Positions 38,541 to 52,422 of a stretch of 64,000 nt of DNA are shown piece by piece (position 1 is the stretch's first letter; each line of letters begins with the position of its first letter). This stretch comes from Carcharhinus amblyrhynchos (Eukaryota). The position numbers were made by a program, and so were the translations under genes. Below the pieces are notes generated by a model. That model did no database searches, had not been told where the DNA came from, and worked only from the letters and a program-made list of their open reading frames with translations. Location of the stretch: NCBI GenBank assembly GCA_965287045.1, contig OZ336876.1:5146001-5210000 (forward strand), given 5' to 3'.

Positions 38541-40326
38541 TGAAGTTGAAACTGAAAAGTTAAGTATCACTCCAAAAAATGTGTTTTGAGAGAGTACTTT
38601 GAGAGTATTTTCCATCGAGGCGAGGACGTAAGGGAATGAAAGATGGGCCTTTGCTGCAGAAGGAATGTTAACCAACAGAGAAGGGAAAATCGGCGGGAGA
38701 TTAGTGAATCCACAGCAATGGATAGGATAAGAAGAAGTAATGGTGTCAGGAGGACCAGCTGCGTGCACGGATTGAAGGTCAGCGGTATCGGTTCATTATT
38801 GGATCTTGCGTTCCATAATCCTTGAGATACGCAAATTTCTCCTCAATGCGTCGCATCAGACAAAGTTTAAAATAGAAGTGGGGAAAATGACACCTTTGAC
38901 AGAGTTTTGAGGACTTCTGGAGAGGAAGGTCATATGGAGACACATGGAGCTGAGCGTGAATTTCAGACTGCGAAACTGCGAATGAATCTGAGAAAATGAA
39001 ATAAACTTCGCTCCCACTTAAACAAAACTTTTAACGTTTCCATCAAAATGAATTGAAGGGGGTCGAGGTTTGCAAAGTTTTTAAGCAGATTTTCAAATGT
39101 ACAACACGATAACATTGTAGACAATTTCCTGTACAAAAAGTGCAACAGGTCACACATCCATTTATTAGTCTCAGATTTGCGGGGGAGGTGGAGGGAGCGG
39201 GATTCTTTCTCCTTTTGAAACGTTTGGGTCAATTTGCGAAATTTCGCGTTAGACCGCAACTGGCCAAAAGACATTACAATCTTTCAAGTCCTGTATGTCT
39301 GTTTCCATCCTCGAAAGCCGTTTGTCAGTAGAATGTTGTAACGAGTTACAAGGAGAACTGGAATTCCGATATCACAATGACTGTCATCGTCATAAAGCAC
39401 ATTTGTAACAGTCAGATGCATACTAGTCGGAATGTTTAGAATTCAACATTAGATAAAGTCAAATTTCCCGTATCCAATTCGAAAAAGGAGCTTTGGCACT
39501 TACCACGTGGCTGTTAGTTCATAATGACTCTAGTAGATATGTCAAACTGGTTATCTTTCATAATGCTGTGCTAGGTATACATGGTTGTTTTGCCATGTTC
39601 TAAATGTTACATTCCAAATTCACTAGTGATTTTTCCCCACAGCAACAAAGTTCAGATGGATGAAGTTAAATTTTCTTGTTTTTTTTCTCCCTCATCTCTT
39701 GAAATGTTATTTCATTTGGACGCTCCCGATTGCTCAGATTCATTCCAGTTTCCAGGGAAATTCGAGAAAATATAGCCAGTATTGCACCATCCCTATCTCT
39801 GCATCTTAAAACACCCTACCATTCATGACATGGGTGAGAAGGATTGCCTACTTTTATTTCCATTAGTTGTCCAAAATATTTTTCGTGTCTTCTCCGTTAA
39901 TCAGCATTGTTCTAAGTTTCTCTCTTTTGCCTCATGCCTTTCTAATGTTGATGTTTTTGTTTTCTGTGCAGGAACATATCAAATGTTAAGAGTATTGATT
40001 ATTTCCTTCATTACTATTATTAATTTGAAATGTGACACTGCGGAGGAACGATCCTCATTTACTCAGGTTGTTTTTCTACATTTTTCTAAACACTCCCACT
40101 ATTTTTACATATATTCCATGGTAGTTTTGTATCATGTTCAAAGATTTTTTATTGAAATTTACACTAATTTTTGGCCCACGAATTGAATTCTATTAAGTTG
40201 ATAGTTCACTTCATTATCCATCCACTGACTTGCGTTTTTAGAGGTTTTCTCGATAGCATTCATCTATTTCAGCCTTCTAATTTTTTGTCTTACATGTCTA
40301 CCAGTCGATATGCATTTCCATGTCTG

Positions 40327-40645
40327 GGGTGGAATCGTGGCATGGTGGTTAGCACTGCTGCCTCACAGCGCCAGGGACCCGGGTACAATTCCAAACTTGG
40401 GTCACTATCTGTGTGGAGTGTGCACATTCTCCCTGTGTCTGCGTGTGTTTCCTTTGGGTGCTCTGGTTCCCTCCCACAGCCCAACGATGTGCAGGTTAGG
40501 TGAATTGATCATGTTCAATTCTCCATCAGTGAACAGAACTGGCGCTGGAGTGTAGCGAGTACGAGATTTTCACAGAAACTTCATTGCAGTGTTAATGTCA
40601 GCCTACTTGCGACTAATAAATGCACTTTAATAAACTTAACTTTAA
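40327..40645 (+). mobile_element. HE1-like SINE head/core with an alternative 3' tail
   Basis: Same head and core as the other copies, but the tail is cagtgttaatgtcagcctacttgcgactaataaa...aaactt. Confidence 0.8.
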
Positions 40646-41134
40646 GTCCTTTCTAATTTGTCGTGAATATCTATGGTTTCGGTTTAGTTTGGAGTATTGA
40701 GGTCAACTATAGCCTATCTTTGTGAACATATAGGAAAATGCATGGAGTCGGCTTGCGGAAATAGTGACAAAAAGGAAAAAATGTCTGTTTTGGGCAGAGT
40801 TGAGAAAAAAATATAACTGGGGTGCTTGGAATTTAAAACATTGTGAACCATCGAGATTGTCCAGATGGTCTGATGACCGATAAGAATGAAGCGAGGGACA
40901 GACTCTGCTTGCAAATGAATCCTGCACTCGATATCTTAAATTTAAAGTTGTTCATTGAAAAGTAAACGCCATCAGAACAATTCTTTATTTTTTGATCACG
41001 GAGACTTCTATTGCCTGACACTCCCCAACAAAAAAAATGTTAGAATATCATGTCCTGAACAATTTTCAACTGAATATTATTCCCAGAAAACTCCGTTGTT
41101 CGGTGAGTTCTACTAAATCCCATTAAAACTAGAA

Positions 41135-41285
41135 GAATGGATAGAAAGATAGAGAGAGAGAGAGCGAGAAAGGGGGAGAGAGGGAGAGAGAAAGAGAGAA
41201 ATGGATGGATTAACATTAGTGCTGGGGAAAGGATGGATGGATGGATGGACGGTGAGAAGGAGAGTCTGAAAGATGGATGACGGAC
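41135..41285. repeat. (GA)n/(GGAT)n microsatellite
   Basis: Directly visible. Confidence 0.85.
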
Positions 41286-41672
41286 AGAGGACAATGCTCC
41301 CTGGTTGTCGGCTGTGCTGCAAAATGATAACAATAATGTGTCGTACAAACCAAAAGATATAAGTTTTAGATAATTGACAAAATCAGCATCAGACCACACA
41401 GCATTGTATTTCAGCCTGGAGCAGACCATGTTAAATATCCGGAAAATTTCTATTTCCATTAATTTTCCTCCAGAACCAACTGAAATTTCCACGCAAATGA
41501 GGGCACAATTCAATTTTAGCTGTAGAAACACATGCAGATAGATTGTTCATTCATGAAAGACTAAGGCAAAACGTTCTCATTATGAAACTCTAGATAAAGT
41601 ACAACGTTTCCAATGCTGACATGGGGACGATTAGTTGTTACTGATACCACATAATTAACATTGAATGAAACT

Positions 41673-42586
41673 CTACCCTTGATTATACCTTTTTAGCCAT
41701 TTTCCTAATTTAATTATAAGAACGAACGGATATTTGAACAGATGTTTTAACTCCTCCCTGAATTGTGTCTGGGAAACTGCATACATAACTGGATTGGAGC
41801 AGGAACTTAAATCCTGCAGCATATACCCAATTCGCTGCAGAACGGTGAATGCATCACTGAGGTCGGTCTGCAAATACCGAACTTCTCCAATCAGAACACA
41901 TACGTAATGAATAAATGTTAGCATCCATAAAAGTATAAAGCTGCCAGATATGACCAAAAGTAAAATGATGGACTTTCTTCGGTTTCCCATTTCTGGATCA
42001 CTGTTGTGGGTGTGCAAAGCCCTCCTAATCTTGCTTCTGAGCAGAATGTATCTGATGGTCAGGCTATTCAATAGAACAATAAAAAGAAATGGAATAAAAG
42101 GCATCAAAACCGTGTCAAACCATGAGAATACAACCCAAGTAAGGGAACTGTAAATGCTTGATTTCAAAACACAGTACCATGACATCTTTTTAATTATTTC
42201 TCCAGGCTCAATGGTGAAGTAAATCGGTAGATTTTGAAGCAAGCTAAGCCCCCATATTATTGCTACAATTTGAGCTGCAGTTTTCTCTGTGCAGTATTGT
42301 GTTCTTATTTTCTGACAACAAATTGCAACAAAGCGATCAAGTGTCAATGCGACAGTTAACCAGACAGAACAGTCAATGGAAGCAGAAAGCAGGAAAACAT
42401 TCAGACTGCAGGCGACAGTGTGGTCCAGAAATGAAACTGGGAAGTAGAATTCTTTGATCTGATATAGGATGACTTCCACGATCATGACCAGAATATCGGC
42501 GGCTGCCATGGAGATCAAGTAAATAGTGATGCATTTAGAAAGGCCACACTTGCCGTTGTATAGAATAATGATGGTTAACAAGTTGG
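41673..42586 (-). CDS. GPR139-like GPCR, gene G4, exon 2 (spliced CDS 984 nt, 327 aa)
   Basis: Intact 7TM ORF (DCSVWLTVALTLDRF, DPEMGNRRKS, SCSNPVMY). Acceptor tcatttacag|CC-AAC-TTG (phase 1, A-N-L). Confidence 0.9.
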
Positions 42587-42964
42587 CTGTAAATGAGTAT
42601 CACAAATAATGAGGATTGTACCCCTGAAATAATTGCACATAAATATGTTAATGTTCATAATTCTGACATGCACTTTATTCTGCAAATGGTCCATGAATTG
42701 AACAAAAGTAATCTTTGGATGCATAATTATTAATTAACCCAGTTCATACTGATTCCTAATTAGAAGCTACCAGGATATTGGTTAGCTATTACATTTTGCA
42801 GCCGTTATCTGGGTATATAACATTCAAAGCAATAGTTTTCCGTTGTTGAACTATATTGATAATGCAAAGTAAAAATACTTCTACGTGGTTATTTTTCTTC
42901 ATTAATCATTGTATGATCTTGTGTCTTATATCATTGTACCATCAACAAAAACTAATAATTGTCA

Positions 42965-43395
42965 GAGACAAAGTACAGCGAGCGTTCATCGGACTGACTC
43001 CTGAAATTTCGGGATTTTTGTGTGATGAAGAATTGGGTCGACTGGGCCTGTGTTGATTGGAAATTAAATGAAAGAGAAGGTATCAAATTGATTTTTTTTA
43101 AAAAAAGACTGAGAGGAATGAACAGGCTGAATGCGGAGATGACCTTTCCCTCGGTTGGTGGTTCTATCAGGAGTCAGAGGCTTACTTTGCGGGGCACTCT
43201 ATTTAGGGTATTGACGAAGAGCAACATCTTCATTCTGCGGATGGTGGGCCTGTGGAATTACCTCCGAAAGAAAGTTGCTGAGGCGAAGTCACTAGATATA
43301 TTTAAGCGGGAAGTAGATAGACTTCCATACTCGAACAGTGTAAATGAACAACGGAGGGAAGGAAGAATGATTCGGCCAAAATCATATCGAATGGG
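42965..43395 (+). mobile_element. Degenerate CR1 LINE 3' fragment
   Basis: VQRAFIGLTP..LGRLGL and RMVGLWNYL motifs. Confidence 0.7.
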
Positions 43396-43397
43396 AC

Positions 43398-43715
43398 GTG
43401 GTGTTGTAATGGTGTTGCCACTGGATTATTAATCCAGAGACCCAGGTTAATACTTTTGGGACCGGGCAGTCGTGAAATTCTAGTTTAAAAGTTTACCGAT
43501 ATCATCAAAAATGTGTAAAACATTCTAGTCCAGTAATGTTCTTGAGGCAAGAAGCTAACTCTGCTGCCCTTACCTATTCAGGCCTACGTGTGACTGCAGA
43601 CCCGCATCAAAGTTGTTGACTCTCAAATATTCCCTGACATGCCCAGTCAAACAGGGAAGTATAAAGAATGCAAGTCCAGCCCCTGAGCGAATACAATTAG
43701 AATGGTCTACCAGCC
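43398..43715 (+). mobile_element. tRNA-derived SINE, second family (possibly SacSINE1-like)
   Basis: tRNA-like head (gtggtgttgtaatggt...aatccagagacccagg); homologous to 45545-45860. Confidence 0.55.
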
Positions 43716-45234
43716 TTGAGTGCCGAATGATCTTGTCTTCCCCTATGTTTCTTTGTTTAATGATGGCAAACACAACTAATTACAGAGCGATGAAACTGGG
43801 TAAACACATATCAACATCAGTAAACCGTCACTCATGGCAAATAAACAGCAATGGAGAACAAATCTGATCCCATTGACTGGCAATGATCTTAAACGATCTA
43901 TAAGAACTATCATAGAAAGGAAATCAGTGACAAATCATATGCATAGAAATGGTTTTTCCAACTTCACAATATGCAGGCAATTTTGTCACGCCGTATAAAT
44001 GAAGGTTTTCCATATTAGTAATCCTATATCATTTACACGAAACAGATAATGTAGAAGAAAAACTTCAATCGGGAGACAGAAAACTCAATCAACAGAATTT
44101 TACTGAGTTGTGTTCCTTTGTGAGCACAGACGGTGACCAGTGGCTTTTTCAATGCATCGTATTGCTGTGCTTAATTTGAAATACTTAAAAATTCTGTAAA
44201 GTTTGTGAAAACTCACTCGCACCTATCTGTTTGGTTGTAGCAACACTGACCCTGACGACCGTCTTATTAGATCTACAAACTTAAGACACAAACTGCAGTA
44301 GGATTTAGCCTGAAAGATAAATTATGCAAAGCCGAGATCTTAAAAGTCACCGAGTTAAATGACCAACATTTACGTTCATCAGATAAGCAGGGTGAATCCC
44401 ATTCTAATGTTACTAAAATTTACTTAGAAGTTTAAAAGTGTATTTATGAGTCACAAGTAAGGATTATTCTGACACTCCAATGAAGTTATTGTGAAATTCC
44501 CCTAGTCACTATACTCTGGCGCCTGTTCGGTTGAATGCACCTACCCGTCCCTGAGAAACCCAAACCATAACGTTTTATGAAATTTACGCAGTTCGGCTGC
44601 TCTTGCAGAGGAATCACGAGTGGTCTGACATGTGCACGAAAAGCTAATTAAGGGTAAGGATTTGAGCTCGTAATGAGGCCTTTTATCGCTTGCTAGTAGA
44701 AATTTCATCCCTTTATACGCATGAACCACACCTTGTAATGAGGATGATGTATTCAGCTCTTGTAACTGTTTTAATTACCCTGGACCTTAGTGAGACCATC
44801 GTTCCTTATCCTTTTCTTTCTCGGCACGGTCTCGACTTACTAGCCACGATGCGGCAAACGGTCGGCGTTGTTTTTTTGTTCTTTGATATCAATTGTGGTG
44901 TAAGTTTTAAGTTTGACGTTCAATTAACTAAGCTAATGAAAGTAATATAATAATATTTGGCAAAATGCCTCCCCGATGAGCAACACTCATCTGCTGATCG
45001 AAAAAGGTCTCTTAATATCCCTTTTTACATTTTACGGAAAGATAGTCAGATGGCCAGTGCAGATTTCTGATATGTGGTCCCTATAATAAGCTGTCCATTT
45101 AAAAATATGCTGTGGTTTACAATAACAGCTAAACAATGCAAACTCGAGTGCAGGGAAGGAACATATATCCCACTGGTGAAAACAAAATGCAATTTCTCTG
45201 TGTAAGGCATTCAGGCTTTGTCGGCAATATTATG

Positions 45235-45525
45235 TACAACAGTACAATTACGTTTTGTTTTATTGGTGACACATGTAGGCTTACATGAACACATTAATGA
45301 CTCACTGTGGAAAAAAAACACTAATCGCCACATTCCGGCGCCTGCTCGGAAACACAGAAGGATAATTTTGTCATGAACAAAATCAGCACGACATTAGGAC
45401 TGTGGAAAGGGAACTGAGCACCCGGAGGAAACAGACGCAATCACCGGAAGACCGTGCAGACTCCGCACAGACAACAACCCAAGCTGGAGTATGGAAAGAG
45501 GATCCCTGACGCTATGAGGTAGTCA
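45235..45525 (-). mobile_element. HE1-like SINE (alternative tail)
   Basis: gcacccggaggaaac..gtgcagactccgcacagac core in reverse orientation. Confidence 0.7.
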
Positions 45526-45544
45526 TGTAAAGAAAAGCGATTGA

Positions 45545-45860
45545 CGGGTGGTATCATCGGTCGGCTAAACATCCAAAGACTCAGATAATGTTCTGGTCAT
45601 CTTGGTTCGAATCCTGCTATGTTGAGTGAAATAAAAACAAATTTGGAATTAAAAATCTACTAATGACCGATGTCAACAATTAGCGATCGTCGGAAACCCC
45701 TTCTGGTTCTGCAACATCCATTAAGAAAGGAAATCTGTCCTCCACAGCTGGTCTTGCCTATATGTGACTCCAGAGCCACAGCAATGTATCTTAATCTCCA
45801 AACTAGGGATGGGCAATAAATACTGGCCAGTCAATGTCGTTCACTATCTATGAAAATAGA
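45545..45860 (+). mobile_element. tRNA-derived SINE, second family
   Basis: B-box ggttcgaatcc; ggaaatctg..gtgactccaga..gggcaataaa is shared with 43398-43715. Confidence 0.6.
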
Positions 45861-46777
45861 CAATATTTGAATATTCACAGGTGCAGTGAATTTTCCACAT
45901 CGCTGGTCAGCTTCATCCGTCCCAACACTCCATCCAAATTTTGAAAATAAACTCTGGCTAATGGTAATTAACTTATGATGGGAAGGATAAGGGTTCTGTA
46001 TCTATCTACTGCGCATCAAAATACAGACGGAATATTAATTGATTCCCATTCATGATTATTGGGAGGCAAAGGAATAAACACATATTTCTTCCACATCCAA
46101 AAATAATAATAAAACTCTTGAAGTAACGCAAAGAATATCCAAAAAAAAGTCTGCAATCAACAATCCACAATGTGACATTCAATTTCTGCTATTGTAAATG
46201 AGGATAAGTGACCTAGTCGCACCTTTCACATTAGCACATAGCCAGCAGTAGCTAAATTAGATCTATCCAAAAATCGTGTCATATAGCCATCCGTGAGCAG
46301 CTGCCTCAAGTATACTGTTGCCTTTCTGGACACAATCCATTCTTTATGCAGAAAGGACCTCCTTCACAGAATATCGTTTCTTATGCAGCGAACGTAGATA
46401 TGTCCCCTCACACTGAGCTTCCATGTTTTCACGTCCACATTTTTAACCCAATAATGAGCGTTAATGTCGTCTACAAGTATTGCATCAATAATATCAATCC
46501 TGGAGAGAACTTAGACTGCTTCCTGCTCGGTGTATCATGCCAAATACACCAATGTTACAGGAAAAATGCCAATCTTGCTTATTTTCCCAAAGTTGAGAGA
46601 AGACTGCCATCAATGATACCATTCACTTAACATTACATGTTGAATCTTTGAGTTATTTTCATCAACTGACAGGTCAAATGCATTATAATGGTAAAATATA
46701 ATTATTACATACTAAGAAGGTTAACTGCGAAATTCAAATATTGAAATAAGTAAATAAAACGAATAGAATGCACTTAC

Positions 46778-46847
46778 CAGGAACACCAACTATTGCAAGA
46801 ATTGGGTAGTAGATTGACTCTATCTGTGTAAGTAGTGGACGTGCCAT
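46778..46847 (-). CDS. Gene G4 exon 1 (MARPLLTQIESIYYPILAIVGVP+G)
   Basis: ATG at 46847, 23 codons plus 1 nt, donor G|gtaagt. Splices in frame to 42586 (intron ~4.2 kb). Confidence 0.85.
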
Positions 46848-46912
46848 TTTCTTGGAAGAACTTTGCAAGTGGTGGGTGAAGATCGCAGCCAGAGTTGTCT
46901 ACAGAACACGTC

Positions 46913-47020
46913 TTCTTATACACTGGAGGGAAATCTCGAGAGATCTATTTCACAATTGATGTGAGTTTCAGTAATCAGCTTGAGAATATTAGTCATGCCT
47001 TATGATTGAGTAACACATCC
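46913..47020 (-). promoter_or_regulatory. Putative G4 promoter: TATAAGAA, ATCTC-NN-GAGAT palindrome (46933-46944), ATTAGT..TTGAGTAAC
   Basis: TATA box ~66 nt from the ATG, as in G1. Only a partial match to the shared module. Confidence 0.45.
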
Positions 47021-48469
47021 CAACCCTCGTCATGCAAGCATTACAACAAATAACATTTCCATTGTTTTATTACATGTAGATCATATGTACTAATCATACA
47101 AGATATATTTTAATAGCAAGCAAGTGGGGAAATCGTGGATTGGTAAAATTTTTAGGCTGTAAAGAGGTCATAGCCGCAACTTGTTTATCTACGCCCCTTT
47201 ACCAGCACTTCTCGAATGGCGCTGCACAGGTAACTGTTGTAGGTCGGTTTGTATTATCCTTTGGAGGCCTCGTTCCTACTTACCGTCAGCAAAATCTGAA
47301 AGGGTTCTGACATACACAGCAAGGAGCCCCAGACACACATCTAGGGCGGAGGGCTTGCAATAATTGGCATGCCTTCTCACAGACGAGTAAAGCAACAACC
47401 TGACATTGTCAAATTAGGAGCTCATACATTTCAATGACCCACCAGAGTTAGCTATGCTTCTTATGAGTGGAAAGATAGATCCAGCAGAGATGTCAGCACC
47501 ATGCCAAGTTGTTGGGAAGGGATGGATTTTAGCGTACCCAACTTCGACACCAGACTATAATGTCACGTGGAATCAGACCATTTCCTGGACAAGGAAACTT
47601 CCCGATTGCCATGTCCTGCCCACCACTACACCCCACCTTCCACGCAATGCATCAATATTCCATGTGAACACCAACAAGACTGTGGGAAGTGCACCTAATA
47701 TACCCCAGCTATTTGTGGGACTATAGTGTCCATCACCACAGGTGGCTTTGTCACATCCCCACTCGCACAATTGCTCAAGCCCTAAATGGTATATCTCATC
47801 GATTGTCTGGTTGACAAGTATTGAGGGAATACAAAGAAAGGGACAAAAAAGCATATTTATTCTCATGCTTTCCAATCCGCCTACCGCAAATTTATCTATT
47901 CATGCCAGTATCAATGAGAGTGAACATTACACTGCCCCATGTGGATATTTCATCGTGTTAAGTTCTGCGACAGAAGTGCTAACTGGGATACCTTTTGACA
48001 GTTAATTTACGTTGATTCCGGGCGGTCACTGGGCGCTGGCGTCCTTCAGAAGTAGCAGAATTGTACTCAGCTATATTCAATAGTAACACTTTCCCCTGCA
48101 TTATAACCATCAAGACATTAAGCAACCCTGGTTCAACGAAGGATATAGGGTGCCATATCAGGAGCAAGGCTAGCCTAAGATTAAAAGAAGACACAATGAT
48201 GGAGCAACAACACAAGATTATACACGCACCTGAAGCATTAAGTAATGGACGAAGATATGCGATTCCAAACAAATAAACAACCCGCAGATTTCAAAGGAGA
48301 AGCAATGTGCTCACAAATCCCTACTCTCAATGATTAGAGCGTCCTGCAAATATGTCCAAAAAATCAGCTACAACCATCAGTCAGAAGCACTGAGCAGATA
48401 ATCAATCTCGGCCTCATGTGCAGGCCCCGACATTACAGAAGACAGCGTTCAGTCAAAGATCATAGAATC

Positions 48470-49080
48470 CCAAAAACGTAGGACGGGCCAGTCAACCCAT
48501 CCAGCCTTTTTTTATATACTTATTGCTCTTTCCTTGTATTCGTCCATAAAGCTAACCCTCCATTGTCCTCATTTGCTTCCGGTAGGTTCACGCAAACTCG
48601 TTTGTCTTATTTACTTGATAGTAATTTTAAAAATCCCTCCATACTAGGAATTAATATGTTGAACCTCTACGGCAAATCCATCTTTCCTTTGGCAATTCGA
48701 ACAAAACCGCACACAACACTCCAGGTGTGGCTTCACCATTCTAACGATATTCCGACATCTCCATCCCGTTTTAAAATCTTTTATAATAAAGCCCAACATG
48801 CCATTTGCCTTTTTTTTACTGCTAAATCTCTATGTTCGCTTTCAGTGAGCCATCATCAAAGCCACCTAGGTCCTTTGGACATTCAATGCTCCCAGCTTTT
48901 CAACATTCTCTGTCTTCCTGTTTCACCTACCAAAGAGTTCACATTTCTATATGTTGCGTTCCACCTTCCAACATTTCCCCCACTCACTCAGCATCTCCAA
49001 ATTCTCTTGAAGCATCTTTACATTCTCTTCAGAACTCAAAATTCACGAATTTTGCGTCATCTACAAACGGGAAATATTAA
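48470..49080 (-). mobile_element. Degenerate CR1 LINE fragment
   Basis: Reverse-strand FVDDAK/DLG-type motifs and a catagaatc tail. Confidence 0.6.
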
Positions 49081-49597
49081 ACTTAATCGCAAATGTCCGA
49101 AGAATTGATATAGTTTGAGTCGGACTGGATTAATGATTAACAAACTGTTGTACAAGCTTTTAACTTCTGAAGCGAATAAAGACACAAAGTCGATGTTAAA
49201 TACTTCAACACAATTTCCTTCATTCGGCAGCTACTTAAACAACCCGAAATACTTGCAATGCGTAAACCAAATCGACATTATCTGTTACTTACTTAACTTC
49301 AGTTTGATATTCGTTTGCAATTAAAACCTGGTCAGGATTTTGTCACGTGGAACTAGTTTTCTGTTTTCTTCTTCTTCCAGATGTTGACGTTCCTTGGGAT
49401 CTCGGTCCCTGGATTCTTCACATTGCCTTCTGAACAAGCGTTTTGCGTTAGCATAGTTACCAGCTCCAAAATATCCTTGGTAACTAGCCAATGAATTGAC
49501 GAGAAACACCAATTGCATCTTTTATTTTCGCCAATCAAAATAAAGACAGAGTAATGGTACGGGACACTCCAGACACTGCCTGTCCCTGTCTGTGCTG

Positions 49598-49755
49598 TAC
49601 ACAAACACACACACAAACACACTCATACAGTCACCGCATACACTTTATGGCACGCACATACACGCTCACACACAGGAAAACACTCTCTCGCAAACAGACT
49701 TGCACATTCAAAAGCCCACACAAACAACCACACCTATATTCACTCACTCACAAAA

Positions 49756-49793
<38 letters not shown>

Positions 49794-49803
49794 TTACACA
49801 CAA
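49598..49803. repeat. (CA)n/(CT)n microsatellite, low complexity
   Basis: Directly visible. Confidence 0.9.
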
Positions 49804-49824
49804 GCAGATGCTGAAATGTCTTGT

Positions 49825-50385
49825 TAGTGTGGGTGACAGGGTGACTGACAGATTGGGGAAATATCCTATCAGTGTGAGAACCAGCTCAAAGGGCAGATGG
49901 AATTGTCTTGTCAACGTGTGTACCAGCTAGATGGGTAATTTCGGAGGTGACTTGTCAGGATGGGTATTAGCTAGACTGACATATTGAGGAAAGGTCACGT
50001 CAGTGTGAGTGCCAGCTCGATGGGAAATGCGGAAAGGGCATCTCAGCGTGAGTAATAGCAATACAGAGAGTTTGAGAAAGGTTCTGTCAATTTGAATAAC
50101 AGCCAAACGGGAAAATGGAAATTATATTATCAATATGACTACCAGCCACACAGGCAGGTGAGGAAATCATTTTCAGTGTAAGTCACAGCTTGAAATGGGT
50201 AGATGCAGAATAAGCATCACAAGTGTGAGTAATAGCTGTATAAATGGATTGATAAAGGTCCTGTCAGTGTGAGTACAAGGTAAGTCAATAGGTGGGAAAG
50301 GATTTGTCAGCGTGAGTATTATGTCTCGTGGAAAACAACAGGTCGATTTTGTCAGGATGGCTAGTTTTGGATTGGAAAACAAAGT
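49825..50385. repeat. Diverged ~43-44 bp minisatellite, about 13 copies
   Basis: The tcagtgtgagt.ccagct anchor recurs at 49869, 49911, 49955, 50000, 50043, 50087, 50130, 50173, ~50219, 50264, 50307 and 50352. Confidence 0.85.
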
Positions 50386-51523
50386 GAATTCATAAAATGT
50401 GTTGTTATATTTGATCAAATCGAGTTCGATTACTTTTGCTTTACAAAATCTGATATTGCATATTTGCCCATTATCTCAAATTTTAATTTCATTCTTCAAT
50501 GTCTCTCACAATCGAAAAACCTGCGGATGATTTTTAAAATACGTTAATAACAGATTTAGATAAACATTGTGCAGTGAACTGAAAACAAACTGAAGTCATC
50601 AATGTGCCCTTTTAAATTTACAGCTCTACAACTATTCATTGCCACAACACACAAAATGAATTTTGTGATGGAATGAAGGGGAAAGGAGCTATTACAAAAC
50701 ACAGATCTATGAGGAGCTGATCATGAGTGTCCAATCAACTACTTTATGAAGCTCAGAAACGAGGTGGAAACAGGTTTCAGATTGTTCAACTCACAACGTA
50801 TGATTTGTGAGCTTCAGTACAAATCACAGAATGCAGCAGGCCACTGTAACTTAATGAAACTGGGATTGAGTAACATATGGAAATTATTTGTATGGAAAAA
50901 TGTCAATTGTTGTGCAACCATTCCCTTCATTTCACACTTTATTTTCAGTTCAGACCCTATTGCTCTTAGCCACAGGTATTCAGAAGCAATTGACAATCAA
51001 ATTACTCCTGTAAACATAATGTGGACATGTCATCCACTATTTTACTCCTTGCCTTCAAGCAGGCTGGTGGGAACTTGATGACTGCACCAGCATGTGAGGT
51101 CTCTCTAGACTCATTCGAACTCTATGATCTCATCAAAACTCTTTGACCTCCATTCCTGACAGGAGCATTATTTTCTCCATGAAATATTGCCCGGGCTTGC
51201 AGTTGCTCAATTGTAGTCGGGGCTCAGGATTCAAACTGGTTGTAGAAATCAGGCGAGACAGCGAGATTTTGGACAGTAGTATCACCTAATAGTATTGGGT
51301 TGATGTGGGAGGGTAGGGGGATGGGTGAGGGAGGGGAATAGCCCATTTTCCAATTATATTATATTTCCCAAACTCAATGTTCTGCTCCAATTATAGATGT
51401 GTCACTCTCATATTAGAATAATAGGTTGAACTCTATTCCCTTTGAAGAAAACCCCGTCACTTTGATACAATGCAAAGTTCTCACTAATATTGGAAAATTT
51501 TGTAATTGCTCTATGATTCTGCA

Positions 51524-52422
51524 TCATTGAACAATATTTAGTATTTTGGCGAAGGGACATTTCAACAGAATCTTCAACTGTTCTCTGAACTTAGTTTGTG
51601 TCACAACATAAATGCCAGTGTTTGTGCAGCAACTCACCAGTTCCAGCATGAAGCTCACATCCATCACAAAATTATCTAGATATATAGATTTATACCCCAT
51701 ATAATAATGTGATTCCAACTAGAACAAATCATTAACGTTGACCGTAACAGCATAAAATTGGCCAAGATTAAAAAAACAGTAAAATGATGGATTTCTGCTA
51801 ACTCTCCATCTCTGTGTCTCTGCGGCTCTCACCACTGTTCTGATTCCAGAGTCTCCTGCAGAATTTGCTGCTCACTAAAAGATAGTTGAAGTGAAAACAT
51901 TGAGCAGCAAAATCAGGACAAATGGAACACAGGGTGTTTAAATATGATGGAGGAACTCAATTGTTGTCAAAGCCAGAGACTCTTGAACATCCTGTGTGTA
52001 ACAACAAAACCAGGGGTCATTCATCAATACATGCCGCTCTGTTAACATAAAATACCAGAAAATATTCTTTAAACAGCTCAACACAGTGACTGTCCCTAGA
52101 ACTGCAGCTGCTGTTTTCTCTCTGAAATATTTACTTTTCAGCTTCTGGCAGGATATGGCCACAAATCAATCGAAGGTGAAAGTGACGGTGAACCAGACAG
52201 AGCAGTCAGTGACAGTAAATAGCAGGACAGCGTGTATAGAGTGCACAGGATGGACTTCAGAAAAAGGAACACTTCTGAATAAACAATTGGAATTTGCCTA
52301 AATATCAAGTCAAGGGATAATAACCATTAGATCTGCCATTGCCACCACCACCAGAAAATGAGTGACACCTTCAGAAAGGCGATGTTTGTTCCGAAACAGG
52401 ATTAAAATACTGAGGAGATTAA
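51524..52422 (-). pseudogene. GPR139-like pseudogene G5, exon 2 (no exon 1 identified)
   Basis: Acceptor ccctcacag|TT-AAT-CTC. Frameshifts in TM2/ECL1, DRF->D*F (TGA 52166-52168) and further stops. Ends SCCTNTGIYVVTQTKFR. Confidence 0.9.
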
